DNA from: Mobula birostris
Lineage: Eukaryota
Length of the DNA stretch: 64,000 nucleotides
Assembly: GCF_030028105.1 (NCBI RefSeq)
Contig: NC_092390.1
Coordinates: 52,682,777-52,746,776, forward strand
Direction: 5' to 3'
Numbering within the stretch: position 1 is the stretch's first letter; each line of letters opens with the position of its first letter. The notes below the pieces were generated by a model. The model saw only the letters and a program-made list of their open reading frames with translations, searched no databases and was not told the DNA's origin. A program made the translations under genes and the position numbers. Below, piece by piece: positions 13,212 to 25,279 of this stretch.

Positions 13212-13312
13212 CCCTTGTTCAAACAATCCTGCAATGACAGATTCATCCATGTGTGACTGCTCATCCATTTTGCGCACCAGTGGTGATATTCGCTCCTGAG
13301 CAAACTTCGCAA
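13212..13312 (-). CDS. ACADSB: ACADSB coding exon 3 (VAKFAQERISPLVRKMDEQSHMDESVIAGLFEQG)
   Basis: ttttttag|TT...GGG|GTTAGT, 101 nt, phases compatible with neighbours; acyl-CoA dehydrogenase N-terminal helical domain. Confidence 0.95.
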
Positions 13313-14567
13313 CTAAAAAAAAATTCCAAGTTGTCAGAAAGAAAAAATTATACTTCACCCCACTGAAGAAGTAAAGATACTGAAATAAAGTATACAGTAT
13401 TTTTCATAGTTTACAGTTAGGAATTTATATCATCCATTTCCTTTTGATGTTCTTATCTATTCATCAGAGTGATGGATCCCACCAGCAGGAATGACATTTT
13501 TCTACTCTACACAGTGTTAGTATCATGTATTCAGAGGTTGATATAGCACCTAAACCAGAAGAGAAATATCTTCGATAATATCTGAAGTAAGCAACTGAGG
13601 TCTGGTAGATCTTAATTCCTATTCTCTTCCTACAGTACATTATAAAAAGGTAATTAACTCAAAACATGGATTTAAAAATAAGGAAAAATATACATTGAAA
13701 TAACAACCAAAACCAATCAAACATGTCCATACAGCTAACCCCTCAAAATGAACTGGGATTACAATTTGAAGGATACCTTTAAATAGCCTTGATCGCAGAA
13801 TGAAATATCATTGATTTTATCTCCTGTTAAAACTTTACCTGTTCTAATTTTCACCTCAAAATGCAAAGGACAGAATAAGATATTTGCAATTATATGGAGA
13901 ATAAACCATTCCCAATGGTCATAGAAAGGAATTGCAAATTTTACAAAAGGGCAAACCATTAAAAAAAAACAACACATTATTCATTGTCTAGGTCCTCTTC
14001 TTAATAATAGCAATGCCAGACTGCCACCCAATGAAATCTACAAACATAATACAACATAATTATATGCAGGGTACAAACAATACTCACATTAACATACAAG
14101 ACTCTTATATTTGCCATTACTTGATCAGTACGTTGGTTCACATGACAAGACTGTCAGAGGTTAGTTATTATGGATAAAATGAATTACTGGCATCTGTATA
14201 CTTATAGTTAGTTGAAGAAATCTAAAGTTGCTATTCTGTTTGGTCTAATCCTTGAAAATATTCATGCGCTCTCACCCCAACTAAATGTTGTCCATTCATA
14301 TTAAGTCCACTAGTAAATCAACTTGCTTTAGTGTGAATAAACAATTGTAGCTCATACTAAACCCCATCTTACCTTCCATAACACAAGTTTATCTTGGATC
14401 CCCCATCCACCAGTTGAATTTCGAACACACTGCCATTATTATACGTAAAATATCCATTAAAAAAGTTAAACAAATCACAGCCTTTGTTTCTCAAAATGTC
14501 CCATTTTTTCCTTCATGTCTTTTTCTTGTGCTGTTAATTTCTACAGTTATTCTTCTTCATTTCTAAC

Positions 14568-14947
14568 ATCATCATCATGTGCCATGTCATATGATGTGGG
14601 CAGTCCTGGTCTTTCCACGACCATGATTGTCCTTGGCAAATATTCTACAGAATTGGTTTACTATTGCCCTTTTCTGGGCAGTGTCTTTACATGACGGGTG
14701 ACCCCAGCCATTATCGATACTCTTCAGAGATTGTCCGCCTAATGTCAGTGGTTGCATAACCAGGACTTGTTATGTGCACCAGCTGTTCATACCACCACCC
14801 ACCATCTGCTCCCATGGCTTCACATGACCCTGATTTTTGGGGGAGGGGTGGGGCTAAGCACCTTGCCCAAGGGTGACCTGCAGGCTAGCAGAGGGAAGGA
14901 GCACCTTACACCTCCTTTGGTAGAAACTTATCTCCACCCTGCTACCC
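14568..14947 (-). mobile_element. Short non-autonomous retroelement with RTE-type 3' tail
   Basis: Minus strand GGCAATAGTAAACCAATTCTGTAGAATATTTGCCAAGGACAATCATGG resembles RTE/BovB 3' ends; (TGA)n tail. Confidence 0.6.
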
Positions 14948-15429
14948 ATAATTTCCAATATTTATTCTAATCTAGTTTGTTTCTAGTTACTTCCCATGAG
15001 TGTTTCTTACTAAACATGTCAGTAAAATGGAAAAAATGCATAAAAACAGTAAGACAGGTTTAAGATTGGTTTCGGTGCCGGTTGGTGGTAATTGTTAAAG
15101 AGGGATCCCACTCAGTGCTAATAATGAACACAAGCAGGTAACTGAAAACAAAATCTTTTGAAAAAAAGGTGACAAGTGGCAAGATGATCAAAAAGACTGT
15201 ATATGTGTTTTCTCCAATATCAAACTGAAATAACAATATTAAAATAGATGAATCAGGATGTACCCCAACCCACTCTTCCTTCACCTCTACCTCGCCATAT
15301 CCACTGTATATTTACTATTGGAATTAAAGATTAATTTAGAGTTATAGAACCATAGAGCAATTCTGTGCAGATATAGGCTCTGCAGCCCAAAAAATCCAAG
15401 TGCCCACCAGCTAGTCCAAATTTCCATCT

Positions 15430-15710
15430 TTGCATGGATGGAGGTGTGAACTGTGTGGAGATGCCGGAGTAGAGATGTTAGGACTGTACTGTAAGTAACT
15501 GATAGGTGGTGTCACACCCCATCCCCTCTGTTCAGGAATGTGTTTTCCAGTTGACAAAGATGCCTTCTTTAACCCTTCTTTCAAACTACCTGTCCAAAAT
15601 GTGCACATTGTCATCAAAGGAGTGTCCTTTGTCCTCTAGGTGTAGATATACAGCTGAGTCTTGGCCTGAGGTGTTTGCCCTCCCATGTTGGGCCATCCGT
15701 TCATGCAAAG
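15430..15710 (-). mobile_element. Penelope (Poseidon-like) GIY-YIG C-terminal fragment
   Basis: Hand translation RMAQHGRANTSGQDSAVYLHLEDKGHSFDDNVHILDR..FERRVKEGIFV. Confidence 0.75.
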
Positions 15711-15769
15711 ATAAGACTAGTGACCCTCTCATTGCCTCTACAACTCTTCATGACCTTTGTATAACTGTT

Positions 15770-15970
15770 GCAGCACACACAAAAAATGCTGGTGAACGCA
15801 GCAGACCAGGCAGCATCTATAGGAAGAGGTACAGTCAACATTTCAGGTCTCAGCCCGAAACGTCAACTGTACCCCTTCCATTAGTTGCTGCTTGGCCTGC
15901 TTCTTTCACCAGCATTTTTTGTGTGTGTTGCTTGAATTTCCAGCATCTGCAGATTTCTTCGTGTTTGCGT
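15770..15970. repeat. Palindrome of two Penelope termini fused head-to-head
   Basis: 15770-15848 is the near reverse complement of 15856-15931. Confidence 0.85.
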
Positions 15971-16024
15971 TTGTAAAACTGTTATACCTTTAAACAACTC
16001 ACAGTGTTTATAAGCAGGAAAACT

Positions 16025-16165
16025 ACTCACCATGGATTAGAACTTAAGAAGCCTCTCAGATGAGTGGCGAAACGTCTTCTAGACAACACAGCAAGTCCAG
16101 TTGGCTTGATTTACTACTGCTTGATACACAATGACCTGGATGACTGAGAACTTCCACAGACATAT
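16025..16165 (+). mobile_element. Penelope terminal repeat with hammerhead motif
   Basis: TAGAA CTTAAGA A GCCTCTCAGATGAGTGGC GAAA CGTC TTCTA ... ATGACCTGGATGACTGAGAAC. Confidence 0.7.
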
Positions 16166-17034
16166 AACTATAAAACCACTTGGGATTTTCCTGGACCTTA
16201 CCTGTGGGATCCAGTTCATTCCCTCTATTTGCTCTCCTGATTTTCCTCAAAAGTATTCTTAATCTTTCTCCAGTCATTAAAGGATTCACCCACCTCTTTT
16301 CTCCTAAGTCTGAAACTATAGATAATTTATCCAGTCTGAGTCACTGGTATCAGCTATACCCAGGTCATTTGCAAGGTGTAGTCAATTGAATGAGCTTAAC
16401 CTAACTAACCAGAATTTCAATGTCCATCATCAGTCAAGATTCCCTAAGCTTCCTACATTTACCCTTTACCCTAACAGGAACATGCTGCTCCTGGCCACTT
16501 GCTATTACACTCTTAAAATCCTCCCATGCTTTTAGTTCCTTTCCTTTCAAATAGACCCACCACAGTAAATACAGATCCTGCTTAATTTCCCCCAAATTAG
16601 CCCTGCTTCAGTTCAGGGCACTAACCTCTTGAACTGTTCATCTTTTTCCATCACTATCTTAAAACAAATAGAATGATAGTCACCAGAGCCAAAATGCTCC
16701 CCAAGACTTCCACTTGAGTTTCTTCTGTCTCTTTATAGAAGTTTCTTGGGTATCATATTATTTGAATAGGGACTATCTGATTAGTTAACTCTTATCTACA
16801 AAATCTGATGGCATTTATTGCTAAATAGCAAACTGATAGAAAAAGCACACAGCAGGTTGGCTTTTTTTTGCCTTTGCTCTTTTCCTGCTTTCACCTTCTC
16901 TTGCTACTGGGCTCTGCTTTCACTACTCTCCTTTCCCAATCCCTTTGTCCTTAGCTCTTCATAAACTATCGTAAGCAATAATTTTTTTTTGCCTCATTCT
17001 TGAATTCTGAGGAACCTCTAATCAAAAAACCTGC

Positions 17035-17247
17035 CGAATGCTCTGTCACAGACTGTGGTTGAGGCCAAGTCAGTGGATATATTTAAAGCAGAAATTGATA
17101 TGTTTCCTGATTGATCGGGGCATCAAGGGATATGATGAGAGGTAAGGTGTATGGTGTTAAATGGGATCCAGGATCAGCTATGATTAAATAGTGGAGAGTA
17201 CTAGATGGGATGAATGGTTTAATTCTGTTCCTGTGTCTTATGGTCTA
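17035..17247 (+). mobile_element. CR1 3' end
   Basis: Similar to 2440-2651; ends TCTTATGGTCT. Confidence 0.75.
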
Positions 17248-17703
17248 ACTGTCTAGGTGAGCTTCCGTCATGAAACAAAAACAATACTAAAAGTGATTAA
17301 AGTTACAAACTGATTTTTCATGATGCATCAGTCAATCCTGCAATATTACTCACATAAAAAAGAACCACAGTGGAGAAATGGGAGCCAATACTAAAGTCTT
17401 TTAAGAAAAGAACTATAACCTAGTAATACAGCAGCGAATTAGTTAGGAGGGGAAACTGTCACTTTAAAAGATTTTGTCTGAACTGTTAGAATTGCCTAAA
17501 TCAACGTGTGGAACGCACAAAACTTGAGTGTAGCTGCAGACCAAAGAGAAACAACTGGAGTGGTAATCCTTCAGCCCTGCTTGGGCCCCGCTTTCTAAGA
17601 ATGAGTCCCTCACATTTGTATTCTACTAGCTTGTAATTTTTGGTAAAATGACAGGTCTTTATAATGTCAAATTATAGTAGGAAAATCAAATTAAACATCA
17701 AAC

Positions 17704-17872
17704 CTGTTTCTTTCATCATTGTCTCTTCTTCTGTGAAACTCTGTAGTGGTGCATGAATGCTGCCACTGGCTGTCCTGTTAACAACAGCAACTTCTGCAGT
17801 TGAAGATCTTGAAAGCCTTGGCTGAACCCCTGGAAATGCTGAACGCCAGGGTCTGACAATAACTCTTCCCAG
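17704..17872 (-). CDS. ACADSB: ACADSB coding exon 2 (LGRVIVRPW...HAPLQSFTEEETMMKET)
   Basis: Acceptor ctgcaaaag|CTG and donor ACAG|GTTTGA, 169 nt. APLQSFTEEE resembles human APLQTFTDEE. Confidence 0.88.
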
Positions 17873-18479
17873 CTTTTGCAGAATAGTAGAACAAAGAGAA
17901 AAAAATCCATTAATCATCTATTGTAAGTTTAATAAGGCAAAAAAGTATAAAATGCAAACTAAAAATAGATTGCCAACATTAATAAAATGCATTCCATATG
18001 ACTTATATTTGAAATCAATACATTATATAGTCACAGAAATGCATAATCCTATTTAGAAGCATAACCAGATTCAAACATATTTGAAGTTGTCATATTTATT
18101 TCTTCTTTCTATATTCAATACCGAATAATATAATTTGCATGTTCTTTATCCAAATTGTTGCCAGGCTGTCTAGTCAGAATTAATATCTCCTCCCCTAAAT
18201 TTGATCAATTTTCATTGTTTCATTGATACAGTTAGTAACCACATAATTCCCACCTTGGCACTTAAATCATTAACTTTCTACCCTTCAATCCATGAATTTG
18301 TCACTTGAAAACTTATGAGTTTCCATTGCTTTGAAGCAATACTTCCTCAAAAATCCTCAAGGAAATTGTTTATTTAGTAATTTCTTCAATTGCATCCTAA
18401 ATACAAGTGACTAGATTCTAATAGTAATTGCTCAATATTCTCTTAATGGATCAATTATTAGTTAACCCTGCAGTGACAT

Positions 18480-19820
18480 CAAGTTGTAATTGGTTTATTA
18501 TTGTCACATGCTCCATTATACTGTGAAAAGCTTGTCTTGCATACTATTTATACAGATTATTAAACAGTGCATTGCGCTAGAATAAGGTAAAATAATAACA
18601 ATGCAGAACAGAAGTGTAAAAACTGCCAAAAAAGTGTACTGCAGATAACAACAAATTGCAAGATCGTAATGAGGTAGATAGTGAGAACAAGAGTCATCTT
18701 ATCATACAAGAGGTCTGTTGAAGAACACAGTGGGATAGAAGCTGTCCTTGAGCTTTGTGGTACATGCTTTCAAGCTTCTGTATTTTTTGCCCAATGGGAG
18801 AAGGAGAAGAGAGAACGTACGGGGTCTTTGGTTATGCTGGCTGCTTTACTGAGGTAGTAGCAGCATAGACAGGGGAGGCTGATTTCTGTGATGTACTGAG
18901 CTATGTCCAGCACTCTCCGTGGTTTCTTGCAGTCACATGCAGAGCCCTAACAAGGTGTTCTGCATCCAGAAAGAATACCAGTAAGAAGCTATTATGCATC
19001 CAGACAGAATGCTTTCTATGATGCATCAGTAAAAATTGGCAAGAGTTGACAAGGACATGCTGAATTTCTTTAGCCTCCTGAGGAACAGTAGTGTTCGTGA
19101 GCTTTCCTGGCCATTGACATCAATGTGGTTGGGCCAGGACAGTTTTTTTTGGTGATGTTCACACCTAGGAACTTAACCGCTGATGTAGACAGGACAATAT
19201 GCACTAGCCTCTTTTTGAAGTCAATGACCAGCATTTTTTTTTTTGTAGATATTGAGGGAAAGATTGTTGTCATACCACGTCATGAAGCTCTCTGTTTCCT
19301 TCCTGTTCTCTGAATCACCGTTATTTGAGATGTGGCCCACTGCAGCAGTATCATCTGCAAACTTGGGTGAAGAATCTGGCCTTGCAATTATGAGTGTACA
19401 GAAAATGGAGTTAGGTGCAGAGTATACAACCTTGTGGAACACCAGTGATTAGGATAATCATGGCAGAGGGTTGCTGCCTATCTTTTCTGATTGCAGCCTG
19501 ATGGTTAAGAAGTCAAGGGTCCGGTTGCAGAAGGAGGCATTAACTCCCAGAGTCCAGAATTTGGTGATGAGTTTGCATGGAATAATAGTATTGAAGGCAG
19601 AAATGTAGTCAATAAACAATAGTCTTATGTAGGTGTCTTTACTGTCCAGACGCTTCAGGATGAGTGTAGGGCCAGGGAGACCGTGTCCACCCCAGATCTA
19701 TTTTGGTGATAGGTAAATTGCAATGTGTCAAGGTTGTCTGGAAGGCTGGAGCTGACATATGCCATGACCAGCCTCTTGAAGCACTTCATAATGGTAAATG
19801 CCAGAGCCACTGGGTGGTAA
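18480..19820 (-). mobile_element. Rex1/Babar LINE fragment
   Basis: KFADDTAAVGHISNNGDSENRKE..WYDNNLSLN RT motif in the minus-strand ORFs. Confidence 0.8.
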
Positions 19821-20749
19821 TCCAATCATTAACACATGCAATCCAAATCAGTAAAAGTGGAGTGTTCAGCTAAAACAAGTAACATTTAATGAACTACATT
19901 GGTTGCACTTCTTACAGCAGCTGCAGCTCAGATTTTTCAACCATGTTCTTTGATGATTTGAGATTCTATCAGCTACCCCTTCCCACACAATCCCCCAGCT
20001 CCTCCAGCACTATATTCACCCCACTCTACTGCTCTCTCATTCTTTCTCCAAGCTCTGTTCATTCTTTTGATGCCCCATAATTGACAGCTATCTATTGCTC
20101 TCCTTCCAATTTCTCCTCATTGCTCCTTTAAAATTAAAATCCATTACTCTGACAAAGCCTTTGGTCTCAACCTATATTAACCGTGCTTGCCTGATAATAG
20201 TCTTTCGTCCAACTCATGAAGTTCACGAACACTTGTTGCTGACCAGTGAACTAACAATTCTCCAGGCATTGAACGAGGAAATGCAATGAGTTAGTACTTT
20301 CTATAAATTAATGACCAAAGTAATGTAATGTTCTCTACAATATCTGGTACATCTAAAAGGGATTCCAATGCCCATTTGGTAGTTACTTTGGGTCAGAAGA
20401 CTGCAGACCAAAAAAAAAGCCTCCTTTGGGTAAATTTCTATCAACCAAATTGCTGAAGCTTCAGCTGAAACAAATTAATGTAATCAATCACACAATTGTA
20501 GACAAGACCCATCATTTTTATAAATACAAATTCAGATTACACAGAATGGCATACAATGTAAAAGAATTAAAAGTAAATAAGCCAAATAGTGGGAATAAAA
20601 CTGACAAAATGCCTGGTCTAACCCTATAACATGATGGCATCTGCACCAGAGGAAAGAACAAACTATGCAGGTGGCCGTCAACCTTAGTTCAACAATTTCT
20701 AAAAAATATAAAGAATTATATATTATATACATATATTTAGAAACCTAAG

Positions 20750-21195
20750 GATTGTAGCAGGAAAGCAGCATCCAACATCAGGGCCCTCTTTCATCTTGGG
20801 CATGCTCTCTTCTCACTGTTGCCATCAGGAAGGAGGTATAGGATCCTCATGACTCGCATCACCAGATTCAGGAACAGTTACTACCCCTCAACCATCAAGC
20901 TCTGAACCAAAGGGGATAACTTCACTTGCCCTGTCACAGAAATATTCCCACAAACTACGAACTCAGTTTCAAGGAATCTTCTTCTCATGTTCTCGATACT
21001 TATTTATTATTATTTTCACAGTTTGTCGTCTTTTGCCTACTGGTTGAATGCCCACATTGGTGGGTTCTTCCATTGATTCTGTTATGGTTATTACTCTATA
21101 ATGGATTTATTGAGTATGCCTGTAAGAAAATGAAAATCTCAGGGTTGTATATGGTGACACATATGCACCTTGATAATAAATTTATTTTGAACTTT
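20750..21195 (+). mobile_element. Rex1/Babar 3' fragment
   Basis: GCCATCAGGAAGGAGGTATAGG..GGAACAGTTACTACCCCTCAACCATC plus shared tail. Confidence 0.78.
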
Positions 21196-21619
21196 GGACA
21201 GTGATCAGCACTTCTTGAAAAATCCACTTTCCTAGTCATTCTCAGGAGCAATTTCCTTTAGCAGACTGAGGGTTCCCATCAGTTGATTTGGCAAAGAATT
21301 CCAGTCTGAACTAATAAAAGTTATTACTACATGATTTGCATAGAATAATTATTCAATTAATTAGGTCATGCCAATGTTATTTTCATATACTTGCTTACTT
21401 GATTCACACCAAATTCACATCCTGGCATTCACTCTCTTTCAGCACAGGTACATATGGCATACGAGTACCACTATCTATCTTTCTTTCAAATCACACAATA
21501 CCCTGACTTTGAAGTAAATCCCAATTCCCAAATCCAACTCCAGGACTTTTCTATCCAACAATACGATAGAGCATCTTCATCTGAAGTACTGCAGCAGTCT
21601 CACAAAGGTAACTTCATCA

Positions 21620-22510
21620 CTTCAGCATGCCATGTCATTAAAAACCTTGGCAAACTTCTATACCTGTGTGGTGACTGGCTGCATTACGACCTGGTATGGG
21701 AACACCAAGGCCTTTGAGCAGAAAATCCTACAAAAGGTAGCGGATTAGGCACAGTACATCACGGGTAAGACCCTCCCAACCATTGAGCACATCTACATGA
21801 AATGCTGCCATGTTAGAGCATCCGTTAGTCTTGGGAGACCATGGATCTGCGCCTGGAAAGTCTTCACTCTCCAGGGCGCAGGCCTGGGCAAGGTTGTATG
21901 GAAGACCAGCAGTTACCCATGCTGCAAGTCTCCCCTCTCCATGACACCAATGTTGTCCAAGAGAAGGGCATTAGGACCCATACGGCTTAGCACCAGTGTC
22001 GTCGCAGAGCAATGTGTGGTTAAGTGCCTTGCTCAAGGACACAACACGTTCCCTCGGCTAGGGCTCGAACTCACAACCTTCAGGTAGCTTTAACCACTTG
22101 GCCACGTGCCCACACATATGCTGCCATAGAAAAGTAGCATCAATTATAAAGGATCATCACCAACCAGGATATGATCTTTTCTCGCTGCTGCCATCTGGTA
22201 CAAGATCCAAATGCCTCAGGACTCACACCACCTGGTTCAAGAACAGTTACTACCCCTCTACCATCAGGCCCTTGAACAAAGGGAGATAGCTACACTTATT
22301 TAAGGACTCTCTTATATTGTTATCTCATGCTCATTATTTATTGCTATTTATATCTATATTTGCAGTTTGTTTACAGTTAACAGTTCCAGAGGTTTACAGT
22401 TACTGTTCTATAGATTTGCTAATTATGCCTGCAGAAAAAGCATCTCATTTTCTATCTTCTATGTTGTATATGGTGACATGTATGTACTGATAATAAATTT
22501 TACTTCGGAC
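21620..22510 (+). mobile_element. Rex1/Babar 3' fragment with nested SINE
   Basis: HQPGYDLFSLLPSG..HTTWFKNSYYP; shared tail. Confidence 0.78.
21812..22117 (-). mobile_element. tRNA-derived SINE with 10-bp target site duplication
   Basis: ATGCTGCCAT at 21802-21811 and 22118-22127; A box TGGCCAAGTGG, B box GTTCGAGCC; closely similar copy at 36011-36316. Confidence 0.85.
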
Positions 22511-23049
22511 TTTTAAAAAAAAGGGATGGATAGCAAACTTTGACAAAGTTAAAAGTGATTAAATAAAAATAAGAATCTACTTCAATCCTTCCTCTATTAA
22601 AATATCCATTTCCCCTCAAATGTGATGGGATTATCTGCCTCAACTACTACTAGTGCTTAGATATAAACAAAGCTAGAATAGTACACTTCTGCCAAACCCG
22701 GTACCTATACAGCGAGCAAGAAATAAAAATTACTTTTACAAATCATGGTCTTACTTGATAAATTTAGTAGTTGGTAGTTTCTTTGGCAGCACTACAATGC
22801 ATAGTTTTTAGAAGTGTACTTTAGCTTTAGTGGACAAATCCCTAATTTTTGGTGATGAGTTTGTCAGCAATTTAAACAACTACAGGAACCTTGCAAACAC
22901 AAGACAGAGGACATAAAATACAAGCTGCTACAGCAATTGAAAACAATGCAAGGTGCGGCTTTCAGCATTGTTAGCTTATGGAGGAATGCTGCAATCTCTG
23001 ATTTCAGAACTGCTATTTGATTGACAAATATCAACATAACGACATAGAA

Positions 23050-23330
23050 GGGCAGGACAGTAGCGTAGTGGTTAGTATAAAGCTTTACAGTACTAGTGAC
23101 CAGTACCAGTTCAATTCCCGCTGCTGCCTACAAGTTTGTACACTCTCCCTGTGACCTTGTGGCTTTCCTCCAGGTGCTCTGGTTTCCTCCCAAAGTCCAA
23201 AGATGTACCAGTTGCTAGGTTAATTGCTCATTGTAAATTGTCCCGTGACTAGGCTTAGATTAAATTGCGGGATTGCTGGGCAGTGTGGTTCGAAGGACTG
23301 ACTCCACACTGAATCTCAATAAATAATAAA
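23050..23330 (+). mobile_element. HE1-like V-SINE
   Basis: tRNA-like head TAGCGTAGTGG..GTTCAATTCCC and V-domain GGTGCTCTGGTTTCCTCCC..TCCAAAGATG. Confidence 0.78.
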
Positions 23331-23334
23331 CAAC

Positions 23335-24120
23335 CTCTTACTCAACCACAGCAAAACCAAGAGGTGGTTATTGATAACAGGAGGAAGAAGTCAGTCCTCA
23401 TTAGGGGATCGGAGGTGGAGAGGGTCAGTAACTTTTAATTCCTTGGTGTTACTGTAATCAAAGGACATGTCCTGGGACCAGCACGTAAGTGCCATCACAA
23501 AGAATGCATGACAATGCCCTTACTTTCTTAGAAGTTTGCACAGATGTGACATGTCATCTATAACTTTGACAAGCTTTTATAGATGTGTGGTGGAGAGTAT
23601 CCAGATTGGTTGCATCACAGGCTGGTATGGAAACACCAATGCCCAGCAGTGGGAAATTCTCTGAAAAGTGGCAGATTTAGCCCAGTTCATCACAGGCAAA
23701 GCCCTCCCTATCACTGACCATATTTACAACAAGCTCTGCCACAAAAAAAGCAAGGACCCTTATCGTCCAGGCCAGAGCCTTGGGTCCCACACCACCAGAT
23801 TCAGAAACAGCTATTACCCTACAACTATCTGTCTCCTGAACCAGCGTGGAGAACTTCACTACCTCAAGCTGAACTGAATTCACAACTTACAATCAAGGAT
23901 TCTACAACTCATGTTAACAGTATTATTTATTTACATTTTTATTATTGCTATGATTTGTCCTCTTTTGCACATTGGATGTTTGTCAGTCTTCGTTATGTAT
24001 AGCTTTTCATAAACTATTTATTTATTTTTCTGTAAAAGCCTGCTAGCAAATGAATTCATTCTAGAACAGTATATGGTGACATACATGTGCCTTGATAACA
24101 AGTTTACTGTACTTCGACTT
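23335..24120 (+). mobile_element. Rex1/Babar 3' fragment
   Basis: HTTRFRNSYYP plus shared tail. Confidence 0.75.
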
Positions 24121-24304
24121 AACTGTAAATCAAAAATTAATACCCCCTTCCTTTATAAAATATCGTTTGGCAAGATATAAATACAAGTTAGTCTGATTCT
24201 TAAACGGTAACACAAAATTGAATTGCAGTTTACATCGTCAAATCAAATCATTTATATTTTATTTAACGACAATTTTTATAATGAATAAACCGGAACTGTT
24301 ATCA

Positions 24305-24545
24305 GGAGACACAAGAAAGATTGCAAATACTGAAAATCTGGAACAACACAAAATGCTGAAAGGTAGCATAGATAGAGGGAAATGAACAGTCACTTTGGGC
24401 AGAGACCGAAAGAAAAAGAGCATCGGAGGGGTTGGTAGGTGATTCTAGATGAAAGCGGGAAGGATGTGAGGTTCGGAGGTGAAAGGTGGAAGACGCATAA
24501 GGGTTGGAGAAGCTGGAGTCAGATCGGAGAGGACAGGGGACATTT
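24305..24545 (-). mobile_element. Degenerate Penelope terminal fragment
   Basis: CAACACAAAATGCTG..AGAGGGAAATGAACAGTC followed by a purine-rich tract as at 53315-53720; hammerhead region partly deleted. Confidence 0.55.
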
Positions 24546-25248
24546 GGTCGTGTATTTATCTGTAAGATAAGCTTCCGGTCACTTTATTTCCGCCGGGCTA
24601 AGAATGCCCGTTTCCATTTCAGAAGCAGTCCGACTCCGACTTTAGTTAACCTGCTAATAAAATCCTCAAGTCTTTATTTAGTCCAAAGAATTCCTGTCTG
24701 GTATCTCTTAATCGATTTTGTAGACTCACTTTATCCGAAATCTTGCCGTGCCCGACCTTGAACAGTCCATTGGCAACACCTCCTTTATTCATCTTTTGCA
24801 CTACTTACTTATTTTCTAACAAAGTTAACTTTTATTTCTGCCGCAAACAATTTTCACAACATATGTCAGTGACAAGAAACCTATTTTTGATTATTTTCTG
24901 AAACCGATTACTGCTCAAAGACTTTTTTTTTTAAAAAAAGTGTTTTGGTTGTTATATCCTTCCATGGTCCCACATATTCCTGCCTCTCGATCAATCCATG
25001 TGCCGAGGCCTTGTTGTGGAAGCTTTCTTCCATCTTTCAAAAGCACTCTTTGAAATGAGCCTATTCCACCCGTGTTCTTTTATTTCTATTTTCATATATG
25101 CGACATTTGCAATTTGGTTCGCTTTTAGCCCAGCTCTAGATGTGATACTCACCTTAAAGCCGCAGGGAACCAAACGATTTGCTTACTTAAACCCCTCAAG
25201 TTTACAATAGCAAGCAGCAACTCTGCGAAGGACAGGAACATTGCTCAC

Positions 25249-25275
25249 CTTAGAAAACAACAAGTAACTGGCCAT
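25249..25275 (-). CDS. ACADSB: ACADSB coding exon 1 (candidate), MASYLLFSK
   Basis: Minus strand ggaATGGCCAGTTACTTGTTGTTTTCTAAG|GTGAGC at the CpG-island edge. The phase-0 donor joins in frame to exon 2, giving an Arg-rich, acid-free mitochondrial-presequence-like N-terminus. Confidence 0.65.
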
Positions 25276-25279
25276 TCCG

